This document shows positions 37,510 to 48,781 of a stretch of DNA of 64,000 bases, in pieces. The notes below the pieces were generated by a model. The model saw nothing but the letters and a program-made list of their open reading frames with translations. It was not told where the DNA came from and made no database searches. Both the position numbers and the translations under genes were made by a program. How positions within the stretch are numbered: the stretch's first letter is position 1; each line of letters starts with the position of its first letter. The stretch is from Syntrophales bacterium (lineage in GTDB: Bacteria > Desulfobacterota > Syntrophia > Syntrophales > UBA2210). The stretch covers positions 96,001 to 160,000 of the forward strand of contig CAXXKT010000001.1 of assembly GCA_963662405.2 (NCBI GenBank), given 5' to 3'.

Positions 37510-40500
37510 TTATACGGCGTTATTTTTGGACTTCAAGATAATAGTGTCTGTATAAGCTTTTTGAAAAAGGTCGCTTTCTGCCGTACCGCTTGTCAATCCC
37601 GATGCAAGATGATTGAAAATTCTTTTTTTAGACTCAATCTCATATTCAGCGATCATTTCTGCTAATAACGATTTCGATCTGTTTTCTATATCTCTGTCCA
37701 TATCAATCCCATAGGCAAATTCCACGACGTCTTTATATATACTCCAAGCTTGTGCCCAGTATTTTATATCTTCGTGGTCACGTCTTATTCTCTTTAAAAG
37801 TTCAAGAGATATAGACAGAAATGATCTCGCTAAGAAGTTAAGCTTGTCCCTTTCTGCTTTTTGAACGAACTGTATTTTTTTGAACCAAACATACCAAATA
37901 GCTGTAATTATATTTTGTTCAACTAATATGCCATCCTCTTTACTGATCATGTATGATAAAAATTGTCCAATCTCGGTCAATGCGTTTTTGTAATCCCCTT
38001 TAAACCACCAAATAGCATTTATGAATGAATTGAAGGCTTGGTGATTATTTAATATCTCCAAATAATTCTCTATGCTTCCCCCCGCCTCTGAAAGATCATC
38101 TTCGAGAACAATCAATATATCCTTATAGTTTATCGGCATTCCAACCACATTAAATGCGCATAGCTGGGCGAATTTCTCTGCGGCTTCTTTTTGAGTTATT
38201 ACCTTCTTTTCTTTTAATATCGTTATTATATCGATTGTAGATATAGTATCTTCATAATGATTCTTACCACAAACATAGAGCCTTGATATTGCATCATCTG
38301 TATAAAATATGGGTTTTAATGAGTCATAAACAGACTTTATTTTATCTAATTCACTGAAAATATTATTTTCATCTATTATATCTTTACTTGAAGGTTGTTG
38401 AATCTGTTCAACATATCTTGATAATAATTCAACTATATCTTTAGCTTTGGTTGCATAGGGGATAAAAACAAATTGTTGAGCCAACATCTGTAAGTTAGCG
38501 ATTGAGTCTTTTGCGATTGCAATTTTAGGAAATATATCAAAAATGTATTCTAATAATGCTAAGTCGAATAAAATCAACAAAGCCACATCATCAATAAGAG
38601 GCATTCGCCCTCTAAGGTTCTCTATTCTTCTTGGCACATAGGGCCCGGGGCTAATAGTCAGCTGATATTGCAGATCATCCTTTCCGGTTATCTTGGACAA
38701 CTCCCACAGGTGAATAAAGTTCGAAACGTTCAATAAAAAATGATGCCTGATTAAATAAGGAACAGGAAGCGTGCCGCTGCTTAAAAGATTTTCATTCCGC
38801 TGGTACCATTCCCTTTTTTCTTTTGTGAATCCTGTTATAGTTTCTAGTTGAGATAATAGATCTTCGTGCGATTTTTCTTTTACATGGAATGATCTTAAAA
38901 CTTTTGACTCTGGAAATCTCTCTGTATATTTCTTAAGCCGTTTTTGAAACTCTTGAACGTTCTCATCTTGAACCGTTTTTTCAGGATCAAGTGTTGCCAC
39001 AAAGAAATTTAACAAATAAAGTCCTTCTTCAGCTTCATCATTTTGGTCACACAATTGGCCATATTTTAAACATATATCAATCAACCTCTCACTCTTTGGA
39101 TTGATATACATTTCAATGTTAAACAACATCCTCAAAAAATGTACCTTCTGCTTTTGATAAGTTGCTTTCTCAAGAAGTCGGGTGACCAAGGTTTTGGCTT
39201 TTTCGATCAGACCACATCTTGCTGATATATTTATATAGATTTCAAGTGCAAACGGGTCATGTTTTTCTCCTTGTGAGATTTCTTCTAAAAGTGTTAATGA
39301 TTTTCCTGTTTCTCCAATTCCATCTAGTGCTAAAGCCTCAAATGCTTTAAACTGAGAGTTGGTTGAAAATCTGATTTGTGCCTTGCGGGATGTTGCTAAA
39401 ACGCCATGCCAGTCTTGGACTGTTACTTTAGCCTGACAAAGAATAGTGTATTCGCTGTCTAGTAAATCCCTCTCCGAAATGATATCAATCGAAATTTCAA
39501 TAATTTTTTGTGCTGCGGCGTTTTCATATGGGTTAAGGTTATTAAAAAGTTGAGCTAATAATTGATTGTGTTTGTGACCTTCTTTGTAAACATCATATAG
39601 TTTTTCAATTGCCTCAGGCTTTTTTAACGCTTCCTGATTTGCGTGCAAAATAAAATCATATACTGCGATCAATGACCTTGAATTAGGGACCGTTTGTAGT
39701 GCCTCAAGAAACTTGTCTCTTTCAGTATACTTCATGAGATCATTAGCGCATTCAGCTGCAATTGCGATAACGGTGTCATAGTTAGCGGGTTTTTCTTTGA
39801 TTAGATCGTCAAGTATTTCAATAGCTAATTTGACCACTTCCGCTTTATCGTTTTTCCAATAAGTTAAAATGATTTTATTGGCTTTATTGTTTAGTGTATT
39901 TGGTAGCTTACATAATTGCCGCTCTGCAATGGTTCGATCACTTGTATGCATTGCAACTTGAAACAAACTTTCCTGTACAATTTGAATGGATGGTCTGATG
40001 TCTGCCAATTTAACGAGGTGTTTTTTAACGATTTCTGGCTCATTAAAATACATGCCTAAAATAGAGAATATATCGATCATCGATTGAACGTCAGGGGGGT
40101 ACCCTAATTTATCAGCTAAATTCATCGCAGATATTAACTCTATCCATGCGTTCTTTAATATTTCCGGATTCATGTCAGGAGTGCCTGCGAAAGATATCGC
40201 TTTGTCATCAGGAGTTTTTCTGAATCCAAGATTGAAGTATGATCTGGCTTTTAATGATCTTAAACTTAGTTCTTGTCTATCAGTTAAATCTTGTTCTGAG
40301 AATGCTTTGTTGACTTGGTTTATACAGTCATTGTATGAGCCTGAAAGCAAATGTATAAGCGCTTTAAGGACGAAAATGTCTTGTTCGTCCTGGTTTTCTA
40401 AAATTTTAAAGGCTTCTTCATATCTTTCGTTTAAAGCCAGCAATTTTGACTTCAGCCGAAGGTAATCAAGATCATTCTTTTTTTCTATCTCTGATAAAAT

Positions 40501-41478
40501 GCCATCAATTGTTTTGTCGTCTTTCCTTTCATCCGGAATTCTCGATTCTAAATAGGCGAGATGATATTTTTGAAACTCCTTAGAAGTTAGATGGGCTTGC
40601 TTGTGTAAGTTGAGTGCTTCTTCACGTTTCCCAACAAGACTTGCCAAGTAGGCTCTTTGGTAATAGTATTCAGATTGTTCATGCTGACTTGCTTCTTCTA
40701 ATTGATCTGCTAATTTATCAAGCCTGTCTTGAGCTAGTATTGCGTTATTTAAAGATAGAATCTCGGAGACTTTTTTTAATTCATACGCAAAACTACCTTC
40801 TGGCGCATCTAACCAAGGTGTCTCAGTTTTGTTAAGGATTGTATCGAGAGCTACTTTATTGGTCCCAAAAATGCTTCCAATCTGATTAATCTTATTTATA
40901 GGATCAGAATATTTTTTCTCTACTATATCGTATATTCCTTCCAGAACCCTCTTTTTTTCTAAACGGTTGTTTAAGTATGGCAAAACGTTTAGACTTGAGT
41001 TTAAGACATTTTCGACAGGAATGTGAAATGTGTGTGTATCCTCGCCTAAATGATCGAGAGTTGGCTTTCCTGCTCGAAGCTGGTCAATTTTTTCATCCAT
41101 CCACAAATAGTAAGCTGTACACTTCCTAGGTTCTTCATCTTGGGTAAGATCCGCAAACACCAACATAACTGGGTTTTCGATTCTTATATAATAATTTAAA
41201 TTTCGAATGTCTAAAGGTTGAGAGAAATGTTTACCATCAGCACTGAGCCATTTATTTCTGCCATCCTTTATCTGTGCTGAACCCTTTATTTGAGCATTAA
41301 ACACGTTCTTATAATGCCCTTGTTCAACGATTTGCACTTGCATGTCTAAACCAGCATCAGCATCACCATCAGTCTGAGTTGGTCTCCATGACTTGGGATG
41401 ACAGCTGTTAAACGTCATAACTGCAAAATGCCCTATTTCTTGTGAAACAGATTCTTTTGGTAACTTAGTCTCTTTCAT
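37510..41478 (-). CDS. Large DUF4365-like nuclease + TPR-like + PIN-like protein (putative defence)
   Basis: 'DAGLDMQVQI...FNAQIKG' REase-type N-terminus; helical repeats; 'LIDDVALL...IFYTDD' PIN-like C-terminus; AT-rich. Confidence 0.7.
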   Translation of the reverse strand: MKETKLPKESVSQEIGHFAVMTFNSCHPKSWRPTQTDGDADAGLDMQVQIVEQGHYKNVFNAQIKGSAQIKDGRNKWLSADGKHFSQPLDIRNLNYYIRIENPVMLVFADLTQDEEPRKCTAYYLWMDEKIDQLRAGKPTLDHLGEDTHTFHIPVENVLNSSLNVLPYLNNRLEKKRVLEGIYDIVEKKYSDPINKINQIGSIFGTNKVALDTILNKTETPWLDAPEGSFAYELKKVSEILSLNNAILAQDRLDKLADQLEEASQHEQSEYYYQRAYLASLVGKREEALNLHKQAHLTSKEFQKYHLAYLESRIPDERKDDKTIDGILSEIEKKNDLDYLRLKSKLLALNERYEEAFKILENQDEQDIFVLKALIHLLSGSYNDCINQVNKAFSEQDLTDRQELSLRSLKARSYFNLGFRKTPDDKAISFAGTPDMNPEILKNAWIELISAMNLADKLGYPPDVQSMIDIFSILGMYFNEPEIVKKHLVKLADIRPSIQIVQESLFQVAMHTSDRTIAERQLCKLPNTLNNKANKIILTYWKNDKAEVVKLAIEILDDLIKEKPANYDTVIAIAAECANDLMKYTERDKFLEALQTVPNSRSLIAVYDFILHANQEALKKPEAIEKLYDVYKEGHKHNQLLAQLFNNLNPYENAAAQKIIEISIDIISERDLLDSEYTILCQAKVTVQDWHGVLATSRKAQIRFSTNSQFKAFEALALDGIGETGKSLTLLEEISQGEKHDPFALEIYINISARCGLIEKAKTLVTRLLEKATYQKQKVHFLRMLFNIEMYINPKSERLIDICLKYGQLCDQNDEAEEGLYLLNFFVATLDPEKTVQDENVQEFQKRLKKYTERFPESKVLRSFHVKEKSHEDLLSQLETITGFTKEKREWYQRNENLLSSGTLPVPYLIRHHFLLNVSNFIHLWELSKITGKDDLQYQLTISPGPYVPRRIENLRGRMPLIDDVALLILFDLALLEYIFDIFPKIAIAKDSIANLQMLAQQFVFIPYATKAKDIVELLSRYVEQIQQPSSKDIIDENNIFSELDKIKSVYDSLKPIFYTDDAISRLYVCGKNHYEDTISTIDIITILKEKKVITQKEAAEKFAQLCAFNVVGMPINYKDILIVLEDDLSEAGGSIENYLEILNNHQAFNSFINAIWWFKGDYKNALTEIGQFLSYMISKEDGILVEQNIITAIWYVWFKKIQFVQKAERDKLNFLARSFLSISLELLKRIRRDHEDIKYWAQAWSIYKDVVEFAYGIDMDRDIENRSKSLLAEMIAEYEIESKKRIFNHLASGLTSGTAESDLFQKAYTDTIILKSKNNAV

Positions 41479-42018
41479 AGAAACACCAGTTTTTGTAATG
41501 CGGGGTTTGTGTATTATTGTAGGGTCATCTTTACCGCTTAATTAGAACCTCCTAAGCTATGATGATACATTAAGAAAGATATGATAGGGTTATCGGTGAA
41601 GTAACTCCATAGAGGATGTTTGTCAAGTATTATTAATAATATTGTATATTTCAATCTGTAATCTTTGAATTCCTAATGATAGGTTCTTGAGTATTTGTGA
41701 ATGCAATAACAAAAAACACTCATCTCCATATGAGCGTCACAAGCTATTCAAAGTCCATCCTCGGCGCTTTATATTGATTTGGTGACAGGTAATATGTTAT
41801 GTGCGGACGCGCCAATGGGGAAGTGTAAATCGGTCAGACTATCTTAACAAGCTGCGAGATAGTTTCTAACCTGTATCAACCAGCGACCCCAATATATTGT
41901 ACCCATGTTTGCAGCACCCGCAAAAATCCGATATCATCGATTCTCTTGTGTAAAACAGCTGCTTACCAAAAACATAATTAGGCAATAACGTGATAATAAG
42001 TCACAATTAAGAAAACGT

Positions 42019-42954
42019 ATGTACCATCCCTTTCGTTGGCTACTCGGGCTCAGAAGAAAGGAGCCCAAACTCAAAACTATTCGCGAACTGGCAAAAACGT
42101 TGGATGCCGGTCGACTGATTGGGGATAGTGACGATATCCCCCATTTTGACGTACGGGACCTGTACACCGAAAACGCCCCATCAAAGCTGTTCGGTTATTA
42201 CAGTGCTAACGGTGTACGCTATGCCCTTGAAACCTTGGGTATTTTTAAACTTCTCGAAACTCAAGGATTTAGGGATTTCAAGGTCGAGGTCACCGGTTAC
42301 GACGCCTGGACGCAGTTGCTGCGCCTCTGGGGCCATAATGGAGGACGGTCCCTGTTGCTGACCGAGGGTCGTTTCAGGCGTAGCAGTTGGATTGTGCCCT
42401 CTGAAACACCGTTGCTGAAATCAGAATGTGGTAACCATCCCTTTGACGTTGCCTTCATCGACTGGATGACCTTGCAGAATCCGCTGGCTGAGTTCACGGC
42501 GGAACGACCGCGTTTGCCGGGGCAACAATATCCCGGTCTGGGAATTGTTCATGAGGTTATGGAAGTCTTCTATGCCGTGGCCCGCCGGTTGCATCTGGAC
42601 GCCCTGCTCGCCGTTTCTGACCGTTTTCACAACTCTGTCATTTACAGCCCTTCTTTTTTCTTTGTTGACCCTCGGCGACAGGCCGAACTGGTGGCTATCG
42701 AGCGGGCTGGCGCAGGGCATTCCCTTCAGGATATGGCCTTGGCGCTGGAGGCGGGCCTGTTGTACCGGGACCGGTCTGAGCCTTACGTCTGGCATGGGGA
42801 CTTGATGATAAATCCGCTGGAGGTCGAGATTCAGGAAGCTCACCGACGCAGCGGCTATGTGGAGAAGGTCGAGGAAATGTCCCGGGGATTTGATTTTGAG
42901 TTTGACTGGCCGGTTTTCGAAGACCGCCGCACAGCTATCAGGGAAAGTAAATAA
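42019..42954 (+). CDS. Hypothetical protein resembling the C-terminal domain of deltaproteobacterial HDAC-like proteins
   Basis: 'IDWMTLQNP..EFT.ERPRLPGQQYPGLG' motif recognised from memory. Confidence 0.55.
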   Translation: MYHPFRWLLGLRRKEPKLKTIRELAKTLDAGRLIGDSDDIPHFDVRDLYTENAPSKLFGYYSANGVRYALETLGIFKLLETQGFRDFKVEVTGYDAWTQLLRLWGHNGGRSLLLTEGRFRRSSWIVPSETPLLKSECGNHPFDVAFIDWMTLQNPLAEFTAERPRLPGQQYPGLGIVHEVMEVFYAVARRLHLDALLAVSDRFHNSVIYSPSFFFVDPRRQAELVAIERAGAGHSLQDMALALEAGLLYRDRSEPYVWHGDLMINPLEVEIQEAHRRSGYVEKVEEMSRGFDFEFDWPVFEDRRTAIRESK

Positions 42955-43296
42955 TGGGGTCAACCCTAGACTATTTACTAAGAAAGGATCTGATTCTCTT
43001 TAGGATAATGGCGACAGCGACTATTTTTAGCCAATACCGTGACTTGTTTTAAATAAGAATTATTCCCCCCGGAATGTAAGAAACAATACATCTAAAAAAT
43101 ATTATGTCAAGGAGTTTCAAGGATATTGTATATTTCAATCCGTAACAAACACTACTCACGCTCTACAAACAACCAAACAGCATTTCACATTTTGCGGCCA
43201 AGCTCTCATTGACATACGAGTCCATTTTACCTATATCGTTTCCATGAAAAGCAAGTTCTTATCAATCAATAAATAATACATAAGGATGGGAGTGGC

Positions 43297-43917
43297 ATGA
43301 AATTTAAATTTATACTAGTTCAGGTAATGTTTCTTGCTCTGTTTTCCCCCTATGCACAGAGCGCATTAGCTGCATGTCCTCCCGTTGATCCTGTCCAAGC
43401 ATCCTTCACTGGTGCAAATACACAGTCAGGGCGGATTTATCGGGACGGTAATCCCAGCACTTGCCCAGGCAAGGCATACCCAGGGATATATAATGTAGGC
43501 ACCAGTTATTATTATGAAACCTTCACCTATAATAACACAAGTAGCTCGGCAGCTTGTGTGACGGTCAATTTTGACCCAAATGCTGGAGCTACACCGAGTG
43601 GAAATAATGCACATATGAGTGCATACATTGGTTCCTACGACCCAAACAACCAGGCAGCCAACTTTGTAGGAGATGTGGGGTCAAGCATAACTCAATCATT
43701 TTCTTTCCAAGTCCCGGCTTTGTCCAGCCTAGTTTTGGTCGTTACCAATACCTCTTCGCTGCAAATGTCTGATTTTGCCTTTCAAGTCGTGGACCTTCCT
43801 TGTACTGACGAAACGCCTATCCCAACCCTCAATGAATGGGGAATCATCATTTTTGTGATGCTGATAGCCGGAACGGCGATTGTGTTCATGAGAAGAAGAA
43901 AAGACATGGCTGTATAG
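43297..43917 (+). CDS. Secreted surface protein with IPTL-CTERM sorting signal
   Basis: Signal peptide; 'PIPTLNEWG' + TM + RRRK. Confidence 0.88.
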   Translation: MKFKFILVQVMFLALFSPYAQSALAACPPVDPVQASFTGANTQSGRIYRDGNPSTCPGKAYPGIYNVGTSYYYETFTYNNTSSSAACVTVNFDPNAGATPSGNNAHMSAYIGSYDPNNQAANFVGDVGSSITQSFSFQVPALSSLVLVVTNTSSLQMSDFAFQVVDLPCTDETPIPTLNEWGIIIFVMLIAGTAIVFMRRRKDMAV

Positions 43918-44354
43918 AACGATCAACGGGGCAAATCAAATATTTCGAGACGAAATATCCAATAAATCAATCAAGCTTGTTTCCATCGAGTACAGAAAGG
44001 CACGCGCGTTTCCCTTAAGAGGAAAAAGACACGGTTCATTTCTGCACCTTTCATCCCGTATTCAATGAGTTGATGAGGAAATCCGACATGCACCTTTGCA
44101 GGTGGAATATGCAAAATTGGCCATTGGATAAGCAAAAACCCGTCGCGCCTTCTCTCATGGGATCCCATCATATATTGTTCTTTAACCTTAGATGGATGCG
44201 CGGCCAGTGTGAAGGGAACCGAGAAGATGTCTGGAGAATACCTCTCCGGGCTGAGGGAATGGACAGATTTTCAAGCGCAATACTGCAGTATCATTTCCAC
44301 CGAAATCGGTCCTGGACCGTAACGTAAGAACCGAAAGAGTGCCCTCTCATACCC

Positions 44355-44585
44355 CTACTCTCCTCCTGAGTACTGGTACCCCGGATACACTTTTTCGAAA
44401 CAGGTCGGGCAGATACTGTGGCTGAAATCCGCATGGGTCCGATCCCGGACATAGGTCTCCACCTGCTGCCAATACCCCTCATCATTACGTACCTTTTTCC
44501 AATTGCAGCAGATAGGGATCAGGCCACTGAGTGTCTTGATCTCTCCCAGCGCTTCCTCAAGGCGTTCCTTTCCCTCACCGAGACG
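44355..44585 (-). pseudogene. Remnant of signal-transduction protein C-terminal Cys domain
   Basis: 'LEEALGEIKTLSGLIPICCNWKKVRNDEGYWQQVETY...FSHSICPTC'; no start codon, upstream stop, expected Cys appears as Trp. Confidence 0.7.
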
Positions 44586-44633
44586 CTACCGATTTGGGAA
44601 AATATGTGGTACTGGAAGGGAGGAGGGTTTGCC

Positions 44634-45284
44634 ATGAGAAATACCAATCCCGCAAGAGAAAGGGGAACAGTCGGCACGAATCTCCCGCAGCGGAGCATCA
44701 TTGGGATCGGTTCCAGCCCGCGCAAGAGGGGAAACTCGGACATCTTGCTGGAACACATCCTGACCGGCGCGGCGCGGCGCGGCGTCAAAGGCGAGGCCAT
44801 CCGTCTGCGTGATTACGCGTTCGAGCCCTGTATCGGGTGCGAGAAGTGCCGGAAAGACGGTATCTGTACCGGTCTCGACGACGGGATGCAGGTCCTCTAT
44901 CCGAAGGTACTGGGATCGCAGGGGCTTGTCCTCGTTTCCCCCACCCACAACTACAACGTCACCGCCTGGATGAAGGCCTTCATCGACCGGCTGTACTGCT
45001 TTTACATCTTCGATAACAACCGTCCGCGGGGGTGGTCGAGTCGCCTGGCGGGACAGGGTCGGAAGGCGGTCATCGCCACGATCTGTGAGCAGGAGACACA
45101 GAAGGACATGGGCTTTACCCTCGAGGCGATGCGTCTCCCCCTCGAGGCCCTGGGATATGATATCATCGGGGAGCTGGGGGTACTGAAGCTGTTCGACAGG
45201 GGATCGATCAAAAATGAACTGAAGACCCTGGCCGAGGCGTCACGGCTGGGGGCACAACTTGCGGAAGCCCTCAGGCAACCCTGA
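44634..45284 (+). CDS. Iron-sulfur flavoprotein / NADPH-dependent FMN reductase family
   Basis: 'GSSPRKRGNS', 'CIGCEKC....C', 'SPTHN', 'KAFIDR'. Confidence 0.88.
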   Translation: MRNTNPARERGTVGTNLPQRSIIGIGSSPRKRGNSDILLEHILTGAARRGVKGEAIRLRDYAFEPCIGCEKCRKDGICTGLDDGMQVLYPKVLGSQGLVLVSPTHNYNVTAWMKAFIDRLYCFYIFDNNRPRGWSSRLAGQGRKAVIATICEQETQKDMGFTLEAMRLPLEALGYDIIGELGVLKLFDRGSIKNELKTLAEASRLGAQLAEALRQP

Positions 45285-46299
45285 GAACCTTCCCTCCCCT
45301 GATCTTTCCCTCTTTCAATTCACACAGCGCCCGGTTGGCCTCTTCCAAAGGAAATTCCTGGACATGGGGCGCGATGGAGATCTCGGCGGCCAGCGCCAGG
45401 AATTCACTGATATCGTTTCGGGCCACGTTGGCGACGCTCTTGATCTCCTTTTCGAGCCACAGGTGGGTCGGATAGTCGATTTTCAGAAGGTAATCCTTGT
45501 CGGCATCTTCTTTCCGGATGGCGTTGACAACGAGCCGCCCGCCGGGCCCCAGATTTTTCAGGGCCTCCACGATCGGCCTCCAGGCCGGGGTGGTATCGAT
45601 AATACTGTGGAGCCGTTCGGGGGCCTGCTCTTCGGTTCCCCCTGCCCAGACCGCCCCCAGCTCACGGGCAAAGGCCTGTTCCCGCTCACTCCGGGCGAAT
45701 ACGAATACCGATGAGTTCGGATAGAGGTGGCGCGCCATGGTGAGGACCAGGTGGGCGGAGGCCCCGAAACCGGTCAGCCCCAGGTTTTGTCCATCCTCGA
45801 TAGCGACCAGACGGAGCGACCGATACCCGATGGCCCCGGCGCACATGAGGGGGGCCGCCTCAGCATCGGTAAAGCAATCGGGAATCGGATAGGCAGACGC
45901 CTCCGGGACGGTCAGGTACTCGGCGTATCCACCGTTGGCGTCCCTCCCCGTCGCGCGGAACTGTTCGCAGACATTCTCGTTCCCGGAAAGGCAGGAGGCA
46001 CATCTTCCACAGGCGGAATGAATCCAGCCGACACCGACGCGGTCACCCCTGTGAAACCGTACTGCGCCCTTCCCCGCCCCGGCGACCCTTCCCACGACCT
46101 CGTGCCCCGGGACAACGGGGAAATATGGCGGGGGCGTTCGCCCCTCGATCTCATCGAGTTCCGTGTGACAGACGCCGCAGGTGGAGACCCGGATCAGGAT
46201 TTCCCCCTCTCCCGGGACGGGATCGGGGAGATCGACCATCTGCAGGGGGTCCTTCGTATCGCGAAAGCTGGATAGCCTGTTCAGCACCATCGCCTGCAT
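45271..46299 (-). CDS. Zinc-dependent alcohol dehydrogenase
   Basis: 'CGVCHTE', 'PGHEVVG', CxxCxxC...C, 'GFGASA'. Confidence 0.92.
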   Translation of the reverse strand: MQAMVLNRLSSFRDTKDPLQMVDLPDPVPGEGEILIRVSTCGVCHTELDEIEGRTPPPYFPVVPGHEVVGRVAGAGKGAVRFHRGDRVGVGWIHSACGRCASCLSGNENVCEQFRATGRDANGGYAEYLTVPEASAYPIPDCFTDAEAAPLMCAGAIGYRSLRLVAIEDGQNLGLTGFGASAHLVLTMARHLYPNSSVFVFARSEREQAFARELGAVWAGGTEEQAPERLHSIIDTTPAWRPIVEALKNLGPGGRLVVNAIRKEDADKDYLLKIDYPTHLWLEKEIKSVANVARNDISEFLALAAEISIAPHVQEFPLEEANRALCELKEGKIRGGKVLRVA

Positions 46300-46345
46300 T
46301 GTGCGTTTCCCTCCCCTGTTCGCATCACGAAAGTCCGGCAAGGAC

Positions 46346-48151
46346 TTATTTGTTCACGCGCCGTCCGCTCTGCGCCATGTCCATCTTGCGCAGGCGGATC
46401 GTCTTCGGCGTCACCTCGATCAGTTCGTCCTCCGCGATAAACTCGATCGACTGGTCAAGCGACAGGCGACGCGGTGGGCGCAGCGTCACCGTGGCATCCG
46501 ATGTGGCGCTCCGCATGTTCGTCAGGTGCTTTTCCTTGGTAATGTTGACGTTCAGGTCCCCGGGGCGGTTTCGCTCACCGAGGATCATCCCGCAGTAGAC
46601 CTCGGTCCCGATCTCGACGAAGAGTTCGCCGCGGTCCTCCATGGCGAGACTCGCGTAGGGAGTAACCCTCCCCGGTCGGTCGGCGACCAGCGCCCCGTTG
46701 CCCCGCTGGGGGATCGGGCCGAACCACGGTTCGTACCCCTCGAAGATCGTATTCATGACGCCGGCCCCCTTGGTATCCGTCAGGAAGTGGTTCCGGAAGC
46801 CAATCAGCCCGCGCGACGGAATGACGAATTCGAGCTTTGTGCGGCCGCTCCCCTTGTTGATCAGGTTCGTCATGCGCCCCTTCCGCCGGGAGAGCACCTC
46901 CGTTATAGTGCCTATGTACTCTTCCGGGATATCGATCAGAAGAAGTTCGGTCGGCTCAAGAACCTGTCCTTTCTCCTCCCGGGTGATTACCTGCGGCTTG
47001 GATACCATGAACTCGTACCCTTCGCGGCGCATCGTCTCGATCAGGACCGCCATCTGCAACTCGCCGCGGCCGCAGACCTCGAACATATCCTTGCGCTCGA
47101 GGTGTCGGATTTTCAGGGCAACGTTGCGCAGGGTCTCCTTTTCCAGCCGCTCCTTCAAATGGCGGGAGGTCAGATATTTGCCGTCATTCCCGGCGGTGGG
47201 ACTGTTGTTGACGTAGAAGACCATCGAGACGGTCGGCTCGTCGATATAGATACGGGGGAGTGGGACGGGATCTTCCAGGGACGAGATCGTATCACCGATG
47301 GTGAGCCGGTCGACACCGGCGACGGCAATAATGTCCCCCGCCTCTACCCGGTCGACCTGCACTTTTCTGAGACCGTCGAAGGTGTAGAGGGCGGAGAATT
47401 TCACCCCCGGGGTGACCTTTTCCTCCCCGCAGAGGGAGTAGCTTTTCTGCATCTCCAGAATTCCGTTCGCCAGGCGTCCGATGGCTACCTGGCCGACGTA
47501 GGGATCATAATCAAGGTTGGTGACCAGGAACTGCGGAGCCGCCCCGTCGTCCGCCACAGGGGCGGGGACATGGGAGAGAATCGTATCGAAGAGGAGACGC
47601 AGATCGGCGGAGTCATCTCCCTGCTTGATATGGGCGACCCCCGTCTTGGCATTGGTGTAGAGGACCGGAAACTCGATCTGCTCCTCAGTGGCATCGAGGT
47701 CGATAAAAAGATCGTACACCTCGTTGATCACCTCTTCGATTCGCGAGTCGCTCCGGTCAATTTTGTTGATGACGACGATCATCGGCAGGCGTTTGGCAAG
47801 GGCCTTCTTGACGACAAAACGGGTCTGCGGCAGGGGGCCTTCGCTGGCGTCGACGAGAAGAATCGCTCCGTCAACGAGGTTGAGCCCCCGCTCCACCTCG
47901 CCGCCGAAATCGGCGTGACCGGGGGTATCGATAATGTTGATCTTGACGTCACCGTACCAGATGGCGGTGTTCTTCGACAGGATCGTGATGCCCCGTTCCC
48001 GCTCGAGGTCCATCGAATCCATGACGCGTTCCGCCACCTCCTGGTGCTCCCTGAAGATGCCGCTCTGTCTGAGCATCCCGTCGACAAGGGTCGTCTTCCC
48101 GTGATCGACGTGGGCAATAATTGCGATATTTCTAATGTTCTGTTTCTGCAT
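46346..48151 (-). CDS. typA: Translational GTPase TypA/BipA
   Basis: '[10 protein letters not shown]', 'RGITI', '[14 protein letters not shown]', 'NKIDR', 'GRGELQ', '[10 protein letters not shown]'. Confidence 0.97.
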   Translation of the reverse strand: MQKQNIRNIAIIAHVDHGKTTLVDGMLRQSGIFREHQEVAERVMDSMDLERERGITILSKNTAIWYGDVKINIIDTPGHADFGGEVERGLNLVDGAILLVDASEGPLPQTRFVVKKALAKRLPMIVVINKIDRSDSRIEEVINEVYDLFIDLDATEEQIEFPVLYTNAKTGVAHIKQGDDSADLRLLFDTILSHVPAPVADDGAAPQFLVTNLDYDPYVGQVAIGRLANGILEMQKSYSLCGEEKVTPGVKFSALYTFDGLRKVQVDRVEAGDIIAVAGVDRLTIGDTISSLEDPVPLPRIYIDEPTVSMVFYVNNSPTAGNDGKYLTSRHLKERLEKETLRNVALKIRHLERKDMFEVCGRGELQMAVLIETMRREGYEFMVSKPQVITREEKGQVLEPTELLLIDIPEEYIGTITEVLSRRKGRMTNLINKGSGRTKLEFVIPSRGLIGFRNHFLTDTKGAGVMNTIFEGYEPWFGPIPQRGNGALVADRPGRVTPYASLAMEDRGELFVEIGTEVYCGMILGERNRPGDLNVNITKEKHLTNMRSATSDATVTLRPPRRLSLDQSIEFIAEDELIEVTPKTIRLRKMDMAQSGRRVNK

Positions 48152-48328
48152 ATGGGTTGTTTCCATCTCCGTTTAAAAAAGAAAAAGCCCGGCTTGAAGA
48201 AACCGGGTCCTAAGTTCTGCGATTCTAACAGAAAGGAGAGGGGAGAGCAACTCGTTTTCACTCGAGACACGTCATTAATCAGGCGAATAAATACTTCTAT
48301 TTTGTACTCTTATAGTTATGCCCTCTGT

Positions 48329-48661
48329 ATGGAAAAGACAGATACACGGAAACTCAGCAAAGACGTCCCGCATGCCCTACGCAGGCAGATAGTTCGGCTT
48401 CGTAAGCACGGGAGATCCAATCAAGAAGGTGCCCGGATTGTTGGTACCTCGGAGCACCATACCAGCACGATTTGGCAGAAGCATGCGAGGGAAGCCACCA
48501 AGTCGCTCAAGCTTGGACAAGGAGGTCATCGTCACGGTGGTAACCGCAAGCCGGCAAATGAGCAAGGGCAAAATGATCCCACCGTGCATGATCCTCCGCA
48601 GTTCTCGTTTCCGTACATTCCTGTCCGAAAGAGATCGCATTCGCAAAAGGAACTGTTTTGA
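48329..48661 (+). pseudogene. IS630-family transposase N-terminal remnant
   Basis: 'MEKTDTRKLS....LRRQIVRLRK.G.SN.E.ARIVG' HTH, then degenerates. Confidence 0.65.
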
Positions 48662-48781
48662 CGGACTTCTTTCGGATTTTACCTGCACGCAAGAAACTGC
48701 AAATGGGGTATAAACCGATCTATCCCCGACATGCGAAGTTCTCGTTTCGAAGATGAAGGGGGGGGGGAGTAATCGAAGAGA

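Noticed and set aside
46181..48328. 826-aa plus-strand ORF
   Set aside because: Antisense shadow of typA; only the tail (48329-48661) resembles a real IS630 remnant
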